17,852 nt of DNA. Source: Prevotella sp. (GTDB lineage Bacteria; Bacteroidota; Bacteroidia; Bacteroidales; Dysgonomonadaceae). The stretch covers positions 1 to 17,852 of the forward strand of contig JAITVV010000068.1 of assembly GCA_031285625.1 (NCBI GenBank). Reading direction: 5' to 3'. The notes below the pieces were generated by a model. It did no database searches and was not told the origin of the DNA. It saw nothing but the letters and a program-made list of their open reading frames with translations. This document shows positions 15,178 through 17,852 of this stretch, piece by piece (the stretch's first letter is position 1; every line of letters starts with the position of its first letter). Made by a program: the position numbers and the translations under genes.

Positions 15178-17676
15178 ATGAAAAAATTATTATTCCTTCT
15201 TCTGTCAGGAACCATCCTATTTAGTTGTCAGGATGGAAAAAAACAAGAGTATGAGGTTGTAAAAAATGATCTAAGGGCCCCGGCCTATCCCTTAATCACA
15301 ATAGACCCTTATACAAGTGCCTGGTCTATGACTGATAATTTGTATGACAGTTCTGTAAAGCATTGGACCGGAAAAGATTTTCCTCTTATAGGAGCAATCA
15401 AAGTGGATGGTGTTGCTTATCGCTTCATGGGAACTGAAGACTTAGAATTGAAACCAATCGTCCCAACATCTGAACAAGGTGAGTGGTACGGTAAATATAC
15501 AACCACCAAGCCAGCTACGAACTGGACAGATATAAGTTTTGACGATTCATCTTGGAAAGAAGATAAAGGAGCATTTGGTACCACTGAAAATGAGCCGACT
15601 GCAAAAACAAACTGGACTACCGAAAACATCTGGGTGAGAAGAAAAATAACTTTGGATGAGGATATACAAGGCAAACATATCTATCTGGAGTATTCTAATG
15701 ACGACGATGCTATATTCTATATCAATGGAGTTGAAGTATTAAATACAGGATCAACATGTAATAAGAATGCTGTAGTCAAAATACCGGATAATATTATAAA
15801 ATCCTTAAAAAAAGGAGAAAATCTGATTACTGCACATTGTAAAAATCCCGTAGCGAACGGCCTTTTAGACTTTGGTTTATTAGTGCAAAAAGAAATGAAT
15901 ACTGCCCTTGAAAAAACGGCTGTACAGAAGTCTGTAGATGTACAGGCTATGCAGACTCATTATGTATTTGCCTGTGGCGAAGTCGATCTGAAATTAACTT
16001 TCACTGCACCTTTGTTTATGGACGATCTGAAACTAATGACCCGCCCTGTAAACTATATTTCTTATGATATAACTTCTAATGACGGTAAATCACATGAGGT
16101 ACAACTTTATTTTGAAGCTTCTCCTCGCTGGGCTCTCGATCAGCCATACCAGGAATCTGCAAGTGAAAGTTTCGAAGATAATGGACTTATATTCTTAAAA
16201 ACAGGAAGTAAGGAACAAAATATACTAGCAAAAAGAGGTGATGATCTACGCATAGATTGGGGATATTTCTATCTGGCTGCAGATAAGAAAAATACAACAT
16301 ATAATATTGGTAAAAGCGATATGCTGAGAAAGAATTTTGTGAATGGTACAAACGAAGATCAAGCCAACAAAGGTGAAAACGATGCTGCAAAAATGGCTCT
16401 GACATGTAACCTCGGTACTGTAAGCAGCTCATTGGGTAAAATTCTTTTGGGTTATGATGATATTTATTCCATTCAATATTTCGGGGAAAACCTTCGCCCA
16501 TATTGGAATTCTACCGGTGATCAAACAATAGTTGGTCAATTTCATTTAGCTAATAATGAATATGATAAATTAATAGAAAAGTGCTATAATTTCGACAAAG
16601 AATTAATGGATAAAGCAACACATGCAGGAGGTAAGAAATATGCAGATTTATGCGTTTTGGCTTATCGTCAGGCGATAGCTGCCCATAAACTGGTGCAAGC
16701 TCCTAATGGTGATCTATTATTCTTATCAAAAGAAAATAACAGTAACGGTTCTATTGGTACTGTGGATATTACTTATCCTTCGTCTCCATTATTCTTATAT
16801 TATAATCCGGAGTTAGCCAAAGGACTCGCAAATCACATTTTTTACTATAGTGAAAGTGGTAAATGGACCAAACCATTCCCTGCTCATGATATAGGTACTT
16901 ATCCTCAAGGAAACGGACAAACATATGGTGGAGATATGCCTATAGAAGAAGCTGGAAACATGTTGGTTCTAACAGCCGCCATTGCTACTATGGAAGGTAA
17001 TGCAAAATATGCTGAAAAGCATTGGGATGTGTTAACTATATGGACAGATTATCTGGCTGAATATGGTCTTGATCCTGAAAATCAATTATGTACTGATGAC
17101 TTTGCCGGACATTTTGCACATAATGTAAATTTGTCGGTGAAAGCGATTATGGGTGTTGCTTCATATGGTCGTCTGGCTGATATGTTAGGAAAAAAAGATA
17201 TAGCGGAAAAATATACAGTTAAAGCTAAGGAAATGGCAAGCGAATGGATGAAGATGGCAGATGATGGAGATCATTATCGCTTAACATTCGATAAACCTGG
17301 AACATGGAGCCAAAAGTATAACTTGGTATGGAATAAACTTTTGAATATGAACATATTTCCTAATGAAGTTGCCCAGAAAGAAATAGCTTACTACTTAGGT
17401 AAGCAAAACAAATACGGCCTACCATTGGATAATCGTGAGACATATACAAAATCAGACTGGATAATGTGGACAGCCACATTAGCAGACGATAATGCCACAT
17501 TTGAAAAATTTATAAATCCGCTTTATCTGTTTTATAATGAAACAGTGGACAGGGTACCCATGTCAGACTGGGTATTTACAGACAAACCAAATTATAGAGG
17601 ATTCAAAGCACGCTCTGTTGTGGGAGGTTATTACATAAAAATGTTGGAAGAAAAATTGAAAGGAGAAACAAAATGA
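15178..17676 (+). CDS. Glutaminase A (GtaA)-like lipoprotein (DUF4964/DUF5127/DUF4965/DUF1793-type architecture) with an inserted galactose-binding-like domain; function probably carbohydrate-related
   Basis: Lipobox LFSC. Motifs LRAPAYPLITIDPYTSAWS, KENNSNGSIGTVD, AHDIGTYP, MPIEEAGNM, NQLCTDDFAG, WSQKYNL, YTKSDW and ARSVVGG. The insert contains FDDSSWK..AFG, IWVRRKI and DDDAIFYINGVEV. Confidence 0.88.
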   Translation: MKKLLFLLLSGTILFSCQDGKKQEYEVVKNDLRAPAYPLITIDPYTSAWSMTDNLYDSSVKHWTGKDFPLIGAIKVDGVAYRFMGTEDLELKPIVPTSEQGEWYGKYTTTKPATNWTDISFDDSSWKEDKGAFGTTENEPTAKTNWTTENIWVRRKITLDEDIQGKHIYLEYSNDDDAIFYINGVEVLNTGSTCNKNAVVKIPDNIIKSLKKGENLITAHCKNPVANGLLDFGLLVQKEMNTALEKTAVQKSVDVQAMQTHYVFACGEVDLKLTFTAPLFMDDLKLMTRPVNYISYDITSNDGKSHEVQLYFEASPRWALDQPYQESASESFEDNGLIFLKTGSKEQNILAKRGDDLRIDWGYFYLAADKKNTTYNIGKSDMLRKNFVNGTNEDQANKGENDAAKMALTCNLGTVSSSLGKILLGYDDIYSIQYFGENLRPYWNSTGDQTIVGQFHLANNEYDKLIEKCYNFDKELMDKATHAGGKKYADLCVLAYRQAIAAHKLVQAPNGDLLFLSKENNSNGSIGTVDITYPSSPLFLYYNPELAKGLANHIFYYSESGKWTKPFPAHDIGTYPQGNGQTYGGDMPIEEAGNMLVLTAAIATMEGNAKYAEKHWDVLTIWTDYLAEYGLDPENQLCTDDFAGHFAHNVNLSVKAIMGVASYGRLADMLGKKDIAEKYTVKAKEMASEWMKMADDGDHYRLTFDKPGTWSQKYNLVWNKLLNMNIFPNEVAQKEIAYYLGKQNKYGLPLDNRETYTKSDWIMWTATLADDNATFEKFINPLYLFYNETVDRVPMSDWVFTDKPNYRGFKARSVVGGYYIKMLEEKLKGETK

Positions 17677-17852
17677 ATCGTTTTTTAATCTTATTATTAG
17701 GATTAATCAGTTTATCAGTATTTTCCCAGCAGATTTCCCCTGTAGACTATGTCAGTGTATTGGTAGGCACCCAGAGTAAGCACACCCTGTCAACGGGAAA
17801 CACCTACCCTGCCATAGCCCGCCCATGGGGGATGAACTTCTGGATGCCACAA
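17673..17852 (+). CDS. GH92 alpha-mannosidase, N-terminal 60 codons (truncated by the window edge; not in the ORF track)
   Basis: Hand translation gives MNRFLILLLGLISLSVFSQQISPVDYVSVLVGTQSKHTLSTGNTYPAIARPWGMNFWMPQ, which matches the GH92 N-terminal pattern VDYV....GT......GNTYP....PWGM..W.PQ. The start overlaps the upstream stop (ATGA at 17673-17676). Confidence 0.93.
   Translation, partial: MNRFLILLLGLISLSVFSQQISPVDYVSVLVGTQSKHTLSTGNTYPAIARPWGMNFWMPQ

Noticed and set aside
5844-16501. Minus-strand ORFs within susC, susD, the DUF3823 gene and the enzyme genes
   Set aside because: All overlap strongly supported plus-strand genes and show no family motifs.

Overview
AT-rich Bacteroidota DNA, probably Bacteroidales (Dysgonomonas/Parabacteroides-like; taxon inferred from gene content and TTTG-N19-TAnnTTTG promoters). 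The left ~2.2 kb is one end of an integrative element inserted at tRNA-Phe(GAA) (2148-2220, minus strand). It carries a Bacteroidetes-type tyrosine integrase and a convergent SymE-family gene, with a palindrome-rich spacer between them. The rest is a polysaccharide utilization locus (PUL): a divergent membrane-spanning Kelch/SARP-type regulator, then susC, susD, a DUF3823 lipoprotein, a 739-aa lipoprotein I cannot assign to a family, a GH76, a 'glutaminase A'-like lipoprotein and the 5' end of a GH92 that is missing from the ORF track. GH76 plus GH92 point to an alpha-mannan or alpha-mannoside substrate. The best leads are two probable unclassified glycoside hydrolases, an 11-bp-phased TAACC array that is a candidate operator for the SARP-type regulator, a nested palindrome downstream of symE, and an unexplained AGGTRACA/TGTYACCT repeat array inside the PUL. 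All family calls come from motif recognition by eye; no searches were run.
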